From IMG/VR virus record IMGVR_UViG_3300032294_002470, positions 1 through 52,793 of that record: a DNA stretch of 52,793 nucleotides; one strand, written 5' to 3'. Both the position numbers and the translations under genes were made by a program. Below the pieces are notes generated by a model. The model saw only the letters and a list, made by a program, of their open reading frames with translations. It did not search any database and had not been told where the DNA came from. Shown here piece after piece: positions 34,706 through 45,143 of this stretch; position 1 is the stretch's first letter; every line of letters begins with the position of its first letter. The DNA comes from a virus (Duplodnaviria; Caudoviricetes).

Positions 34706-36541
34706 TTAAATTGAAAGCTTGAGCAGCTTTTCCTTACGCGGTTCAGAATCTGATCCGAACCAATCGCTTAGGCTATCTTTGTATTGCTTATCGTTCTGTA
34801 ATTTAACCAAGACTGGATTATGAATAATATCTCGATACTCAACGTCTTCCAAGGCAGCAAGACCTTTCTTGTATTCAACATCCCAGCCCTTTGCACCAGT
34901 TTTCTTTTCCCATTCTGAGTATTCTTCGTTTGAATAGAACGGCTTTACTTCCTTGCCCTTCTTTGCAACGACCAATGGGGTCATTACCTTAAAGACTCTG
35001 TTCTGTTCAAAGAGTTCTGGCCAATACTTATTAAAGAAATTAATTAGTAGACCGGCAATTGAGTCTCCGTCCGGATCAGCATCAGTGTATATGTACACTT
35101 TTCCATATCTCAGATCACCCGGTTCCTCTCCTAATTTGATTCCTAATGATGCCATAAGCTGGACGACCTCATCATTCTGGATGACCCCAGAGTTTGTCAT
35201 CTCGCTAACGTTTAAGAACTTACCCTTTAGCGGAAAGGCTCCGAACGTTTGCGGATCTCTGAACTTACGTACAGCCGAAAGCGCTGACATTCCTTCAAAT
35301 ATTCCAAGCACGCATTTATTACGGTCCTTGCCCTTTGCATCAATTAACTTGAGCACTTTAGTGCTAGCTAGAGATTTATTAAGCTTACGTAGTTCAGCAC
35401 GCTCTTCGGCATTCTTTTTCTGTTCAATCCAATCAAGTAACGATTGGATTACCTCTGACCCAAATACAGCCTTTGCGAATTTCTCAGTCACATCATGCTT
35501 TGTACCAAAATCTTTAGGTTCAGTGATTAACTTCTCCTTTGTTTGAGATGAGAACGCTGGATTAATTACTGTACAGTTTATGAAAAGAAATACATGATTC
35601 TTTATTTCAGAAGGTTTAACATCAACCTTGTGTTTTTTCTTGATCATGGCTCTAAGATACTCGATTACCTGATTCAAGACGTAGTTCTCATGAGTTCCTC
35701 CATCCTTTGTATGGATTGAATTAACAAATGACACTGACTGGAAACCATCCTTTGAAACTCCAAAAGAAATTTCCCAGTCCTTTGATCTTTCCCAAATTGA
35801 ATCATTTACGTAGAGATCAACATATTCCTTGAATGTTTTAAACTTATATTTCTCACCGTTGAATTCAAGCTTAAGACCTGGATTAGCGGCAGCAATATCG
35901 ATTACTCGTTTGCGCATCATCTTACAATGAGCATCATCTATTTTCTTCATTTCAAATCTTGAAAGATCTGGAACGTAGGTTATTTCAGTAAAGCCTTGAG
36001 AAGTTCTGCTTGTCTTTGGAGTGGTTCTCTTTGACATGTTATCTGTGAATGTCTGTAAGAAACGATTCTTTCCGTCAGCCGTATCAATCACGAATCTCTT
36101 TGAGAAAATATTAACTAATGAAGCTCCCACTCCATTCGTTCCAGCAACGGTTCTGCCCTCATCATCATTGAAATTTGATCCAGCTCTTAAGTTAGAGAAG
36201 ATTAATTCAGGAATCCAAACTTTATGTTGTGGGTGTTGAACTACTGGAATTCCACCATTGTCCCATACGGTGATGGTGTCTGAACTCACAGATACTTTTA
36301 TTGTATTAATTTTACCAGATCTTTTGTGCTCGTCAACTGAATTCGAAATGATTTCGTCAAACAGCTTTAGAAACCCAGGATTGTAGGTCAACTCCTCTTT
36401 TGAATAGAGGCCGTCTCCGAGAATCCATTCATTTGCGGTGTGTGGCTTTGTGGAGCCAATGTACATTCCAGGTCTTTTGAGAACGTGTTCAATCTCATCG
36501 AGTAACTGGTATTTCTTTCCTATTTCTTTAGTAGATGCCAT
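34706..36541 (-). CDS. DNA topoisomerase II large subunit (T4 gp39+gp60-like, GHKL + TOPRIM)
   Basis: HVLKRPGMYIGS, EIISNSVD, GTNGVG, EGMSA, PLKGK, TDADPDG, YKKGL. Confidence 0.95.
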   Translation of the reverse strand: MASTKEIGKKYQLLDEIEHVLKRPGMYIGSTKPHTANEWILGDGLYSKEELTYNPGFLKLFDEIISNSVDEHKRSGKINTIKVSVSSDTITVWDNGGIPVVQHPQHKVWIPELIFSNLRAGSNFNDDEGRTVAGTNGVGASLVNIFSKRFVIDTADGKNRFLQTFTDNMSKRTTPKTSRTSQGFTEITYVPDLSRFEMKKIDDAHCKMMRKRVIDIAAANPGLKLEFNGEKYKFKTFKEYVDLYVNDSIWERSKDWEISFGVSKDGFQSVSFVNSIHTKDGGTHENYVLNQVIEYLRAMIKKKHKVDVKPSEIKNHVFLFINCTVINPAFSSQTKEKLITEPKDFGTKHDVTEKFAKAVFGSEVIQSLLDWIEQKKNAEERAELRKLNKSLASTKVLKLIDAKGKDRNKCVLGIFEGMSALSAVRKFRDPQTFGAFPLKGKFLNVSEMTNSGVIQNDEVVQLMASLGIKLGEEPGDLRYGKVYIYTDADPDGDSIAGLLINFFNKYWPELFEQNRVFKVMTPLVVAKKGKEVKPFYSNEEYSEWEKKTGAKGWDVEYKKGLAALEDVEYRDIIHNPVLVKLQNDKQYKDSLSDWFGSDSEPRKEKLLKLSI

Positions 36542-36577
36542 ATAGTTTCTATTGTATCTGATTTTTTATAAAAAGTT

Positions 36578-37036
36578 TTATCTAAATTGTTGCATGCGAT
36601 TCTTGGAATATTCAATTAATGCGGGGTCTGCTCCAGGCAAATTCTTTAGGAACTGCCATTCGTACATGTAGGCCAAGTGCTCTTCCTTTCTCGGCGGAAT
36701 AGAATATCCTTGCATTAACATGCTTAGGTGTAGACTCTCATGAACCAAGACCGCTGCAATATTCTGAACCCCCAGCCTAACATCGTTTGCTGAAACAAAA
36801 ATGGTTCCTTTTTTGTTTAAGGAACCTTCACAGCTTGAAAAACTTGCATTGAAAAATGATATTGAATCACAAACTTCGAGTAACCCTTTGTAATAAAAAG
36901 CCGGAGCGGTCTTAATTAACGAAATTGCTGAATCTGCTTTGGCTCTCCAATCATCGCCGGCCTGATCAATATGGATTTGAGCATGTGATACACTGGTTGC
37001 TGCCAATAAAATTAGCGTTAAAAATAGTTTTCGCAT
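36578..37036 (-). CDS. Secreted HExxH protein
   Basis: Signal peptide, LVHESLH...EE. Confidence 0.7.
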   Translation of the reverse strand: MRKLFLTLILLAATSVSHAQIHIDQAGDDWRAKADSAISLIKTAPAFYYKGLLEVCDSISFFNASFSSCEGSLNKKGTIFVSANDVRLGVQNIAAVLVHESLHLSMLMQGYSIPPRKEEHLAYMYEWQFLKNLPGADPALIEYSKNRMQQFR

Positions 37037-37102
37037 AATGCTATTATACCAAAATAACTTTTAACAATTGTTAAACTGATATTTGGCACTTAAAATTTAT
37101 CG

Positions 37103-38257
37103 TCAAATGGGGTTGACTAGGGAAATTTGTTCTACACTATGTAGTGCTCCGTCGACCCAACCTTGCTTCTGAGCTACCATTTCACCGATAACCCAAACAA
37201 GGCTATTTGGATTCTGGGCCCGTCTGATAAATTCCTCTCTCGATTTATATTTACTGGATAGAGGTTTGTAATAGTGGGTGCCTTCTTTCCAATAAAACTT
37301 CTTCATTCCGGAAAGCGTTGCTCCCGTAAAGTCATCGTTAAGAAGATTTTGAAAATAGGATTCTGGTTTAGACTTAAGGGCTTCTGCATCTGCATTATCG
37401 GAGTATGCAACATTAAAAACGTTTCCTTTTATTGGAATTATTTTTCTTAAATTAGAATTAACTATCGTATACGTATTGACTTCTAAATTTTCAACATTAG
37501 CAAAAGCTTTTATAAAACTCTGAGATTCTATATCGTCGTATATTGAGTCCTTTAAAAATTTTCTTAAAACATTCACAGTAACTGCAAAGACTATTCCGTC
37601 TGCTGCATACTTTCCGTTAACTAAAAACTTATCTTCGTTTTTCGTAATTTTGTTTACTTCAACATTAAGCTCAATATTCTTTTCTCCAATTTCTTGGATA
37701 AGTTTTTCGACTACAACAGACCAGTCTACATTTTCAGCTTCATAGCCGGAAACATTATCGTCTAGCCCGTAGTTGTTAATGGTGTCCATAAACCCAGCAT
37801 TCTCGAAATCTGTGTAACCCATTCCTTTAACAAAGCTCTCATATCTCTCGCCTAAAGCTTTTTGACCAAACTCTTTAAAGGTCATTTTCTCCCCTTGATA
37901 ATCTTTAGACTTTTTCTTGAGTTCTTTAATCATCTCTTTCAAGGGCGGCTCGGGAAATGAGTAGTTCATTTCTATCTCGTAAGTCTTTCTCTTTATTCCT
38001 AAATCCTTAAGAAGTTTCTGAAGAGTTTTATCTTTGTCTACTCTAGAAAATTGAGCACCAGTTGGAACTTTAACTCCATCTACTTCTTCCATAGATACTC
38101 GTCCGCCACATTTACTTTCTTTTTCAAGAATAGTCACTTTAACTTCAGGCCTTCTTTTCTTTAAAAGATAAGCACAATAAAGGCCGGCAATCCCTCCTCC
38201 AATAATAACGATAGACTGGGGATTTTTAAAATCTTCGAATAGTTTTATCAATTTCAT
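37103..38257 (-). CDS. Flavin-dependent amine oxidase-like oxidoreductase
   Basis: IIGGGIAGL, GGRV, IGE...QGWVDGAL; MKLIKLFEDF N-terminus. Confidence 0.85.
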   Translation of the reverse strand: MKLIKLFEDFKNPQSIVIIGGGIAGLYCAYLLKKRRPEVKVTILEKESKCGGRVSMEEVDGVKVPTGAQFSRVDKDKTLQKLLKDLGIKRKTYEIEMNYSFPEPPLKEMIKELKKKSKDYQGEKMTFKEFGQKALGERYESFVKGMGYTDFENAGFMDTINNYGLDDNVSGYEAENVDWSVVVEKLIQEIGEKNIELNVEVNKITKNEDKFLVNGKYAADGIVFAVTVNVLRKFLKDSIYDDIESQSFIKAFANVENLEVNTYTIVNSNLRKIIPIKGNVFNVAYSDNADAEALKSKPESYFQNLLNDDFTGATLSGMKKFYWKEGTHYYKPLSSKYKSREEFIRRAQNPNSLVWVIGEMVAQKQGWVDGALHSVEQISLVNPI

Positions 38258-39420
38258 TAGGATTTAGGTAGCTTGACTCCTGGAATTCCCATCAACTGAT
38301 TGCTTAATGCCCTAATCATTTGAACATGATTTGAAAATTTAACGGTTTCAAACCAGAAAGGAGTTTTAGTCTTTGAATTTAGAACAATTTGATAATCGCT
38401 TAGTCCTGCATATTTCTGTAGAGTCTGAGGATTGAACGCAACTGGCTTTGCAACCAAGTTTCCGCCTTCCTGACGAATCATCATTGGCGAAGTAAGCCCT
38501 ACCATGTTTACCCAACGACCCGCTCTTTCAACTTCTCTGGCCCAATCAATATAGAACACAAAAAGACGACGACCTCCCTCAACATCAGGGCCCATCACAA
38601 CGACGGTGTTACCCTTACCGAATGAAACGGACTCGTCTACTACATCAGCTTCAGTTGAGAATTTAGAATCAAGCGCGCCGGCTGGTTCTGAATAAATGTG
38701 AGAGTAAGCTTGCGATTTTAGATCAATTAATTTTCCGATCCAACCTTCATTACGTAATCTCTTAAAAACTAGATTTTCAACAGAGAACTCTCCGCCCTTG
38801 TGTGCAAGCTGTTCGTCTCTTGATCTTGAGATCTTCTTTTTTAGAACAGATGCTCGTTCCATAATATCTTTAGCTTCTTCAGGCCCAGCTCCTTGAATCT
38901 CTTCCATCATTTGCTTGATTGCATAAATGTAGTGGTCTGATTTTACCTGAACGTCTTTTGGATCGACAGTTGGTTGACTGTATTCCGGTTTTCTAAGCCA
39001 TTCACCTTTTAATAGAGAATAAAGGCCAGACGCCAAGTGTAACTGATTTATGTCTTGTGCATAGAGTTCAACATCATATCCTCCAATATTTACTGGATGT
39101 CTTTGATTCCAAACTGTCTTTAAACCTTCCATTGCAATCTTTACTAGTTCGACGTCCGGGTTTATCTTGGAAAGATCCATGATGACATGTACGTCAAAAT
39201 CAGAGTACTTGGTCCAGTTATAGTTGGCTAGGGATCCAGTAAGTTGAATGTCCTCAATTGGAGAACTAACTTTTAGGTCCTCGTAGAAATCATGAGCGAT
39301 CTGCAGAAGCTTGGTTCTGAGCTCAGGGTTAATTTCTTCTCCATCCCAGACCATTGGATTCAATTGATCTTGATAGAATTGACCCTCATTTATGAATTCG
39401 GTAAATTTAAAAAGTTTCAT
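38257..39420 (-). CDS. Pol-beta superfamily nucleotidyltransferase
   Basis: LTGSLANYNW..SDFDVH, DVELY; MKLFKFTEFINE N-terminus. Confidence 0.8.
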   Translation of the reverse strand: MKLFKFTEFINEGQFYQDQLNPMVWDGEEINPELRTKLLQIAHDFYEDLKVSSPIEDIQLTGSLANYNWTKYSDFDVHVIMDLSKINPDVELVKIAMEGLKTVWNQRHPVNIGGYDVELYAQDINQLHLASGLYSLLKGEWLRKPEYSQPTVDPKDVQVKSDHYIYAIKQMMEEIQGAGPEEAKDIMERASVLKKKISRSRDEQLAHKGGEFSVENLVFKRLRNEGWIGKLIDLKSQAYSHIYSEPAGALDSKFSTEADVVDESVSFGKGNTVVVMGPDVEGGRRLFVFYIDWAREVERAGRWVNMVGLTSPMMIRQEGGNLVAKPVAFNPQTLQKYAGLSDYQIVLNSKTKTPFWFETVKFSNHVQMIRALSNQLMGIPGVKLPKS

Positions 39421-39429
39421 CAGGATTAT

Positions 39430-40320
39430 TTATCTAACGTCACTAAGCTTCAAATATTCCTTGATTAGGTACTCGGTTGAGAAGTAAGGTTTATTTTCAG
39501 AATCCAACCTCTCCAGGACGTAGGGGCTTACGTATTTTGCCCATAGTTCCGGATCGTAATTGTTTTTAGTGTTAGATAAAAATTCGTAGAACCTGTTATA
39601 GAACGGATCAATTACTGACTGGCCGCAGCGATTCAAGGGTTTTGCTGAAACATCAGTAGATGCGATCTTGTGATTGTCAAAATTAGACGGATTATTAATA
39701 TCACCTGACTGCTTGTGACCTGCCATGTCTGAAGGATCTGACCAGTTAAAACAGTAAGACGGAACGTAATGGGTAAAATGTTCGTCCAAGTGTTTCTCAT
39801 CCCTAAGCTTGGTGTACCAGCTTAAACCTTCATAACCTGTCATATCATCTCTAAAACCGATTTCTCTAATACGATTCATCTTTACGATTACTGATGCTTC
39901 TAGAGTATTTCGAGTAAGTTCAATCTTGTGAGGAGTCGCAAAGATACTTCTTTCAGGCTTCCATGCATCCTTGCCGTTTGCAGAGATTCCATCAACCGCT
40001 TGGCGAATATGCCAAGGCAAGTAAGCGTCATCGTCATCCGCTAACATGAAGTACTCTCCAGTTGCATGAGTTACTGCATCTCTACAAATGGCTCCACGAT
40101 TAGTGTAAGATTTGCCAGTTACATAATCTGTATCATTATTGAAAAGCTTTATGTTTAAATTAACTAGATCAGGATCAAGGCTCAACGGATTCTCAACATC
40201 AGTGTTGAAGATAATTAATTCTTTATGTGGGTAATCTTGTTGAATGAATTGTTCTATAATTCGCTCAACGCATCTGTATCTGCGATATGTGGTGCAAATG
40301 AAACTTACTTTGTTAGTCAT
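39430..40320 (-). CDS. Glycosyltransferase family 2
   Basis: SFICTTY, QQDYPHKELII, GEYFMLADDDD. Confidence 0.85.
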   Translation of the reverse strand: MTNKVSFICTTYRRYRCVERIIEQFIQQDYPHKELIIFNTDVENPLSLDPDLVNLNIKLFNNDTDYVTGKSYTNRGAICRDAVTHATGEYFMLADDDDAYLPWHIRQAVDGISANGKDAWKPERSIFATPHKIELTRNTLEASVIVKMNRIREIGFRDDMTGYEGLSWYTKLRDEKHLDEHFTHYVPSYCFNWSDPSDMAGHKQSGDINNPSNFDNHKIASTDVSAKPLNRCGQSVIDPFYNRFYEFLSNTKNNYDPELWAKYVSPYVLERLDSENKPYFSTEYLIKEYLKLSDVR

Positions 40321-41695
40321 GGAGTTTTCTTTTTAAAGTGAAGGTTAAAATATTTTTATCGCTATCGACTGGAACACGTATTGAATCTTCGAGATTACAA
40401 AAGTTAATCACTTCATAACCAATTGTTTTCGCGAAGTTAAAAATGCTAGATTCATCAAAAAACCAAAGATGTTCATTAGGTCGACGGTGTTTCCATTTAT
40501 TGAACCATTCACTCGAATGATAATGACACCAAGGTAGAGAGACTACAATGTATTCGGCTTGACAATTCTTCAGAATGTACGGATCTTCCATGTGTTCAAG
40601 GACGTCAAATAGGGTTAAGACTTCAACCTTATTAGAAACCCAATCTTCAACAAATGTTGCACTTTTTGGAATAGGATATCCGGTTACGTCATACCCATAA
40701 CATGAGTTAATGGCATTTGAGCAAGTAGATAAGAAGGATCCGTTTCCATAACCGACGTCCATTATAGAGTCAGGAATCTTTCCTATTGAACCGATCACAT
40801 AACCTAATCTTAAGTTACTCATTAAATCATTTAGAATGCCGTACGTATTGTATCGGGCATTCACGTACTCAGTATCGTAAGTAATCAAATTTCTTTCAAT
40901 TTGATAGATTAGTCCATCTGAATTTTTATTGTAATTAGGAAGCATGCGTTCTTTTTCAAAATTATAGAATCTCATCTCACTATTATCTGAGTTAATGTAA
41001 AATGGCGCTGTGAATAAACTCGGCCATGAACCGTGCATTCCGTCATTGTAGTAATATGCAAGCTTTCGATTTGGATTATCAAGTACGCTTGCGAGTAGAG
41101 ATAAGCCGGTTGCACCACCAATGAAGTATTCGCAAGTTAAAATGTGTTCCAAGTTCTCAGAAAAATCAGTGCTTACTGTGAAAGCTTTCAGGTCTATGTT
41201 AGCAGGCAGTTTTTTAATGCATAGTATTCTAGAGTAGTCAGAGTATTCAGCCTTAGAGTATTCATCAATTATTCCTTGAAGAACCGACTGTGGCCAATTT
41301 CGCTGAGGATCGTATTCTGCATCAACTAATGGGAATAGACATAACTTTCTTTCAGTATTTTCTGGATTTGAAATCCTTATCCATTCTCCTTCTCTTTTTC
41401 GATAGTCCCATAAATTTCCGTAAGGCACAAGACTTATCTCACCTGGAGATTCATCAAAATAATCAGTTCTAGACATTACGAACTCTAAAAAAAGTCTAAC
41501 GTAATCTCTCTTTTGGATTGAAGATTCAGCTAAATGAAATTTGATTACGCAATTCAGATTCTTTCTTCTAATATCACAAACTACATTCAAAACGGAAATT
41601 AAGTCTCCCATTTTAAATCCTCCTTGAAAGGTAGTCTCGTCAATATTTACAGTCAAATCAGGTCCAGAATAGGACCATAGGTCGAATACGTGCAT
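40313..41695 (-). CDS. Fused glycosyltransferase-like + class I SAM methyltransferase
   Basis: N-half MGD...FIGGATGLS; C-half MDVGYGNG, FDVLEH, PNEHLWFF. Confidence 0.7.
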   Translation of the reverse strand: MHVFDLWSYSGPDLTVNIDETTFQGGFKMGDLISVLNVVCDIRRKNLNCVIKFHLAESSIQKRDYVRLFLEFVMSRTDYFDESPGEISLVPYGNLWDYRKREGEWIRISNPENTERKLCLFPLVDAEYDPQRNWPQSVLQGIIDEYSKAEYSDYSRILCIKKLPANIDLKAFTVSTDFSENLEHILTCEYFIGGATGLSLLASVLDNPNRKLAYYYNDGMHGSWPSLFTAPFYINSDNSEMRFYNFEKERMLPNYNKNSDGLIYQIERNLITYDTEYVNARYNTYGILNDLMSNLRLGYVIGSIGKIPDSIMDVGYGNGSFLSTCSNAINSCYGYDVTGYPIPKSATFVEDWVSNKVEVLTLFDVLEHMEDPYILKNCQAEYIVVSLPWCHYHSSEWFNKWKHRRPNEHLWFFDESSIFNFAKTIGYEVINFCNLEDSIRVPVDSDKNILTFTLKRKLHD

Positions 41696-41704
41696 TTGAA
41701 TTAT

Positions 41705-41914
41705 TTATCTTGTCCAGTAAACTTCACCGTCCACTAGGGTCTTAACGATGGTCTCATCCTTCATAATAGAATTGATGTAGGCCTTTGGATTCTTTACGTT
41801 GTTGTAAACTCTTTGAGTTCCATTTGAATAAACGACGGTCACTGAGTATCCGCCGGGTCTAAGACTTAGTTCATTGGTTCTAAATCTTTCGTGTACGATT
41901 ATTGTTTTTGACAT
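41705..41914 (-). CDS. Hypothetical protein
   Basis: 69 aa ORF. Confidence 0.7.
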   Translation of the reverse strand: MSKTIIVHERFRTNELSLRPGGYSVTVVYSNGTQRVYNNVKNPKAYINSIMKDETIVKTLVDGEVYWTR

Positions 41915-41919
41915 ATTTC

Positions 41920-42126
41920 TTATTTTCCAGTTAATAAATTTCGAATCATTCCCAATATCATTATGAAAACGGTTATCGGCCAGGTTAGGACGACAACTAC
42001 TCTAGCGATTAGAGTTTTAGGGATCTGACGATTTGCTTGTTTAGATTCAGTGTACTCAATGAATGCTCCCCAAATGAGGCCAAGTATTAAGTATGTTGCT
42101 AGATCGTGTAATAACTTAGTTTGCAT
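41920..42126 (-). CDS. Small membrane protein
   Basis: Two TM segments, WP motif. Confidence 0.7.
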   Translation of the reverse strand: MQTKLLHDLATYLILGLIWGAFIEYTESKQANRQIPKTLIARVVVVLTWPITVFIMILGMIRNLLTGK

Positions 42127-42718
42127 ATAAAATTGTTGGATTATCTTTGTGAACGTCTATTTTTGGATATAGGTTTTTAAATTTCTTAAGATTAAAGGGT
42201 CGGCAGATCAAGTGAATTCCATTCTTGCTATTGACGGTCCACACAGTATCGTCTCTATCGGTTTCAGCGATTAGAGTTTGCACTGAGTGGATTACTTCAT
42301 TGATTGCCTGATCGAGATCTCCTTCAAGATCCTTGTAGTCAATATCAATTATCCAGGTCTTATCGGGATCGGAATGATGGGTGTCAGCGGCTGAGTCAAA
42401 TGCTTTTCGTACCGCTCGGTAATTACCGTCCTCTATGTAACCTGCGATCATCTTCAAGGCTTTAAGTGAGGTCTTACGATAGCTTCGACGATTGAGTCTG
42501 AAATAGGCTCTAGCATTATTATCTTGACACTGTTTGATTATATCAGGTAAAAGCGTATCAAAATGATCTAATGACTTGACACAGTAATTCGCAAGAACAA
42601 TCATGTCCTTGGCCATGTCAGGATTATCCTTACGTCTCTTAAAGATCTGTAAAAAGTAAAAAGTATCTTCAGAATCAAATTGTAGCATTGATCTGATCTG
42701 CTCAGTATTATTGACCAT
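42116..42718 (-). CDS. Conserved phage protein (possible prim-pol-like fold)
   Basis: WIIDID, SKNGIHLI..PF motifs. Confidence 0.6.
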   Translation of the reverse strand: MVNNTEQIRSMLQFDSEDTFYFLQIFKRRKDNPDMAKDMIVLANYCVKSLDHFDTLLPDIIKQCQDNNARAYFRLNRRSYRKTSLKALKMIAGYIEDGNYRAVRKAFDSAADTHHSDPDKTWIIDIDYKDLEGDLDQAINEVIHSVQTLIAETDRDDTVWTVNSKNGIHLICRPFNLKKFKNLYPKIDVHKDNPTILYAN

Positions 42719-42751
42719 ACTGGCTTATTATACTAAATATTGGGCAAAAGG

Positions 42752-44224
42752 TTATTGCTTTGAAATCATGGTTAGGATCTGATCCTTAACTGCAAGGATT
42801 GCCTCAATCTTACGTTTAGTATTTGCCTGTCTTTCGAAAGTACCAGCAGCAATTGCAGTCTCCATCAACTTGAAACCTCTTGCTGTCTTGGCCAAGATTG
42901 CTTCATTATCCTCTTGGGAAATGGCTGAACCTGCGATTAATTTATTGTAGAGCTTAGCAGCAAATGTCGATACAACACCGTACTGTTTGAATGCATCAAT
43001 AACGTCCTGCATCTTGATTAGCTGACCCATTTCCTGATCAACCACATTAACGATTTCTTGTTCAGCATAGCTTGACATTGTTTGATCGACTATTTGTAAG
43101 CTATGACCGGCTGTCATGATCTTGTCTACAATAGCTTTACCAGTTTTAGCAGAGGCTCCTTCGTCTAATACCTGTTTAACTGCGCATTCAGCAGAAAGAG
43201 GTTTAACGATTGAATCTACGACATCTGTCGGATATCCCAATTTGGTGAAGTGTTCTGCTGGGTCTTCTGATTTCTTGATACTATAATCGTTAATGTCATG
43301 TGAGGTTCTAACCTTACCGTTGTAGTAAATTGTTGTACCAACAATGTGTAAAGGATCCGTACTAGGAACTCCGAAATCAAAGATGTTTATTTGTACTGCA
43401 CCGGTCGCGTACTGTTTCCATGCCCATGTGTTAATACACCAATTCGCAGCAGAACATAGAGCCTTTTGCGCAGCTTCGGTTCTGATTGACATTACTACGT
43501 AACGCTCATCATCGTATAATACATTAACAGCCGGTGCAAGATCTTCAGCCTGTGCAGCCAACTTCGGTGCACCTTCTGTGTTTTGAGCATCAGCGAAATT
43601 ACGAGCATAGGCAATGAAATCTGAGATTGGTTTGCCTAAAAAGCGATTGACCTTTTTCATTAATCGCTTTTGAATTTCCGGATCCTGATCCGCAAGAGTA
43701 GCTCCAATTCTTAATAGTTCCTGTTGCTCTTCAGGACTCGCCTCTCTAGCTTTAGTTCTTATAACTCCAGGCAATTTATCAATGATCCACTTGCCCTTTC
43801 TACGAAACTTGATTTGTGCGAATTGGTCCATTAGTGCCTCAAAACCTGAAATCCATGAAGCCTGATCGGGATTACCTTTCGAATATGCCTCAATCGTATG
43901 AGGTAATGAGCTGATGAATTCGCGATTCGATTCAATCTCAGTCAATAGGAGTTGTAATTGTTGAATTGATATTCTTTGGAGAAACACGAAATTAACGAAA
44001 GATCCAGCATATCCTCTGTACTTTTCACCAAGTAGAGCAAGAATCTCCTTGTACTTTGGATCACTTAGAGCCTGGGTCTGTTCTTCAGGAGAAAGCTCTT
44101 GAACTGGCTTACGTAAACGATCAGCAAGTCTTTTTAGCATGAATGACTTTGCAGCCTGCATGTTTTCATCGATCATCTGATCTTCGCCGGTCATCCAACT
44201 TTCAAATATCTTTAGGTACTTCAT
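42752..44224 (-). CDS. Putative internal virion protein
   Basis: MKYLKIFESW; ANWCI motif. Confidence 0.7.
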   Translation of the reverse strand: MKYLKIFESWMTGEDQMIDENMQAAKSFMLKRLADRLRKPVQELSPEEQTQALSDPKYKEILALLGEKYRGYAGSFVNFVFLQRISIQQLQLLLTEIESNREFISSLPHTIEAYSKGNPDQASWISGFEALMDQFAQIKFRRKGKWIIDKLPGVIRTKAREASPEEQQELLRIGATLADQDPEIQKRLMKKVNRFLGKPISDFIAYARNFADAQNTEGAPKLAAQAEDLAPAVNVLYDDERYVVMSIRTEAAQKALCSAANWCINTWAWKQYATGAVQINIFDFGVPSTDPLHIVGTTIYYNGKVRTSHDINDYSIKKSEDPAEHFTKLGYPTDVVDSIVKPLSAECAVKQVLDEGASAKTGKAIVDKIMTAGHSLQIVDQTMSSYAEQEIVNVVDQEMGQLIKMQDVIDAFKQYGVVSTFAAKLYNKLIAGSAISQEDNEAILAKTARGFKLMETAIAAGTFERQANTKRKIEAILAVKDQILTMISKQ

Positions 44225-44258
44225 TTTATTAAATTTTATATTTTATGTTAAGCTTCGG

Positions 44259-45134
44259 TTAGCTATATCCGCATCGATTGTGAATAATTAATCTTGGATC
44301 GTTTAATAAGATCGGTTGAAGTTCTCCATCAAGCGGACGATACGAGCATATGGTCAGATTTACCGCCTTATTGGTGGTTAACCATGTCTTTAGTGCTTTT
44401 GTTGCAGGTTTGATCTCTGCAAGGTTCCATCCAATCAAAGAGTGAATATCTTCTGTCCATTTTCGGATTTGCGAATCAGCTGTATTTGGCATTTTCGTCT
44501 TAATGAATTCTGCAATAACTCTTTCAAATTCAGCAATTGCCTCTTGTTTTGAAAGATTTGATTGCACTGTACGCTTTGTTGAAAAGTCAGCAGTCGTAAA
44601 ATCGACAGACTCAGCTGTCCATGCCATTGCCTGTTTAAAGAAATCTACCTCTGATAAATTTCCGTCAAATTTCTTGATTACCATGTCCATGTCTCTCATT
44701 CTAGTCTTAGGCACAAGTCTTCGTACTACATTCATACTGCCGAAGAAACCTATCGCAAAGTCGGCCTTGATATTTCTATCAACATCCCTTGAAAAGACTA
44801 GTGTGTGATTGAGTAGTTGAGTGAATGATGATGATAGAACAACACCATTCTCAATTAGAGCGGAGTATTCCGGAGAATCAATAACTTCAATTAGCCATCC
44901 GAATTCAGGTTTCTTTCTAAGATCTTCGAACCATTCGTCTGAATAAACTTGGTGTTGCGAGTTGGTCTTTAATATTCTTTTTGCCTGGATAGCAATCTGA
45001 CGTTTAATAAGAGATACGCGTTCGGCATACTCTGCCGGATCAATGATTCCCATTGACCTTAATTCCTCAAGGTCTTTTAATTCTTGAATACGTGGATCAA
45101 CTGAATGTTCTTCAAATAGTTTAATATATTTCAA
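44259..45134 (-). CDS. Putative internal virion protein (SHOCT-like segment)
   Basis: MKYIKLFEE; LEELRSMGIIDPAEY. Confidence 0.7.
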   Translation of the reverse strand: MKYIKLFEEHSVDPRIQELKDLEELRSMGIIDPAEYAERVSLIKRQIAIQAKRILKTNSQHQVYSDEWFEDLRKKPEFGWLIEVIDSPEYSALIENGVVLSSSFTQLLNHTLVFSRDVDRNIKADFAIGFFGSMNVVRRLVPKTRMRDMDMVIKKFDGNLSEVDFFKQAMAWTAESVDFTTADFSTKRTVQSNLSKQEAIAEFERVIAEFIKTKMPNTADSQIRKWTEDIHSLIGWNLAEIKPATKALKTWLTTNKAVNLTICSYRPLDGELQPILLNDPRLIIHNRCGYS

Positions 45135-45143
45135 AATTAATTA

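Noticed and set aside
31548-36541. Split topoisomerase as a novelty (intein or ribosomal bypass)
   Set aside because: Two-subunit gp39+60/gp52 arrangement is normal for T4-like phages; both ORFs are continuous.
38257-39420. CBASS CD-NTase defence operon
   Set aside because: No Cap effector or ancillary genes adjacent; only generic Pol-beta motifs.
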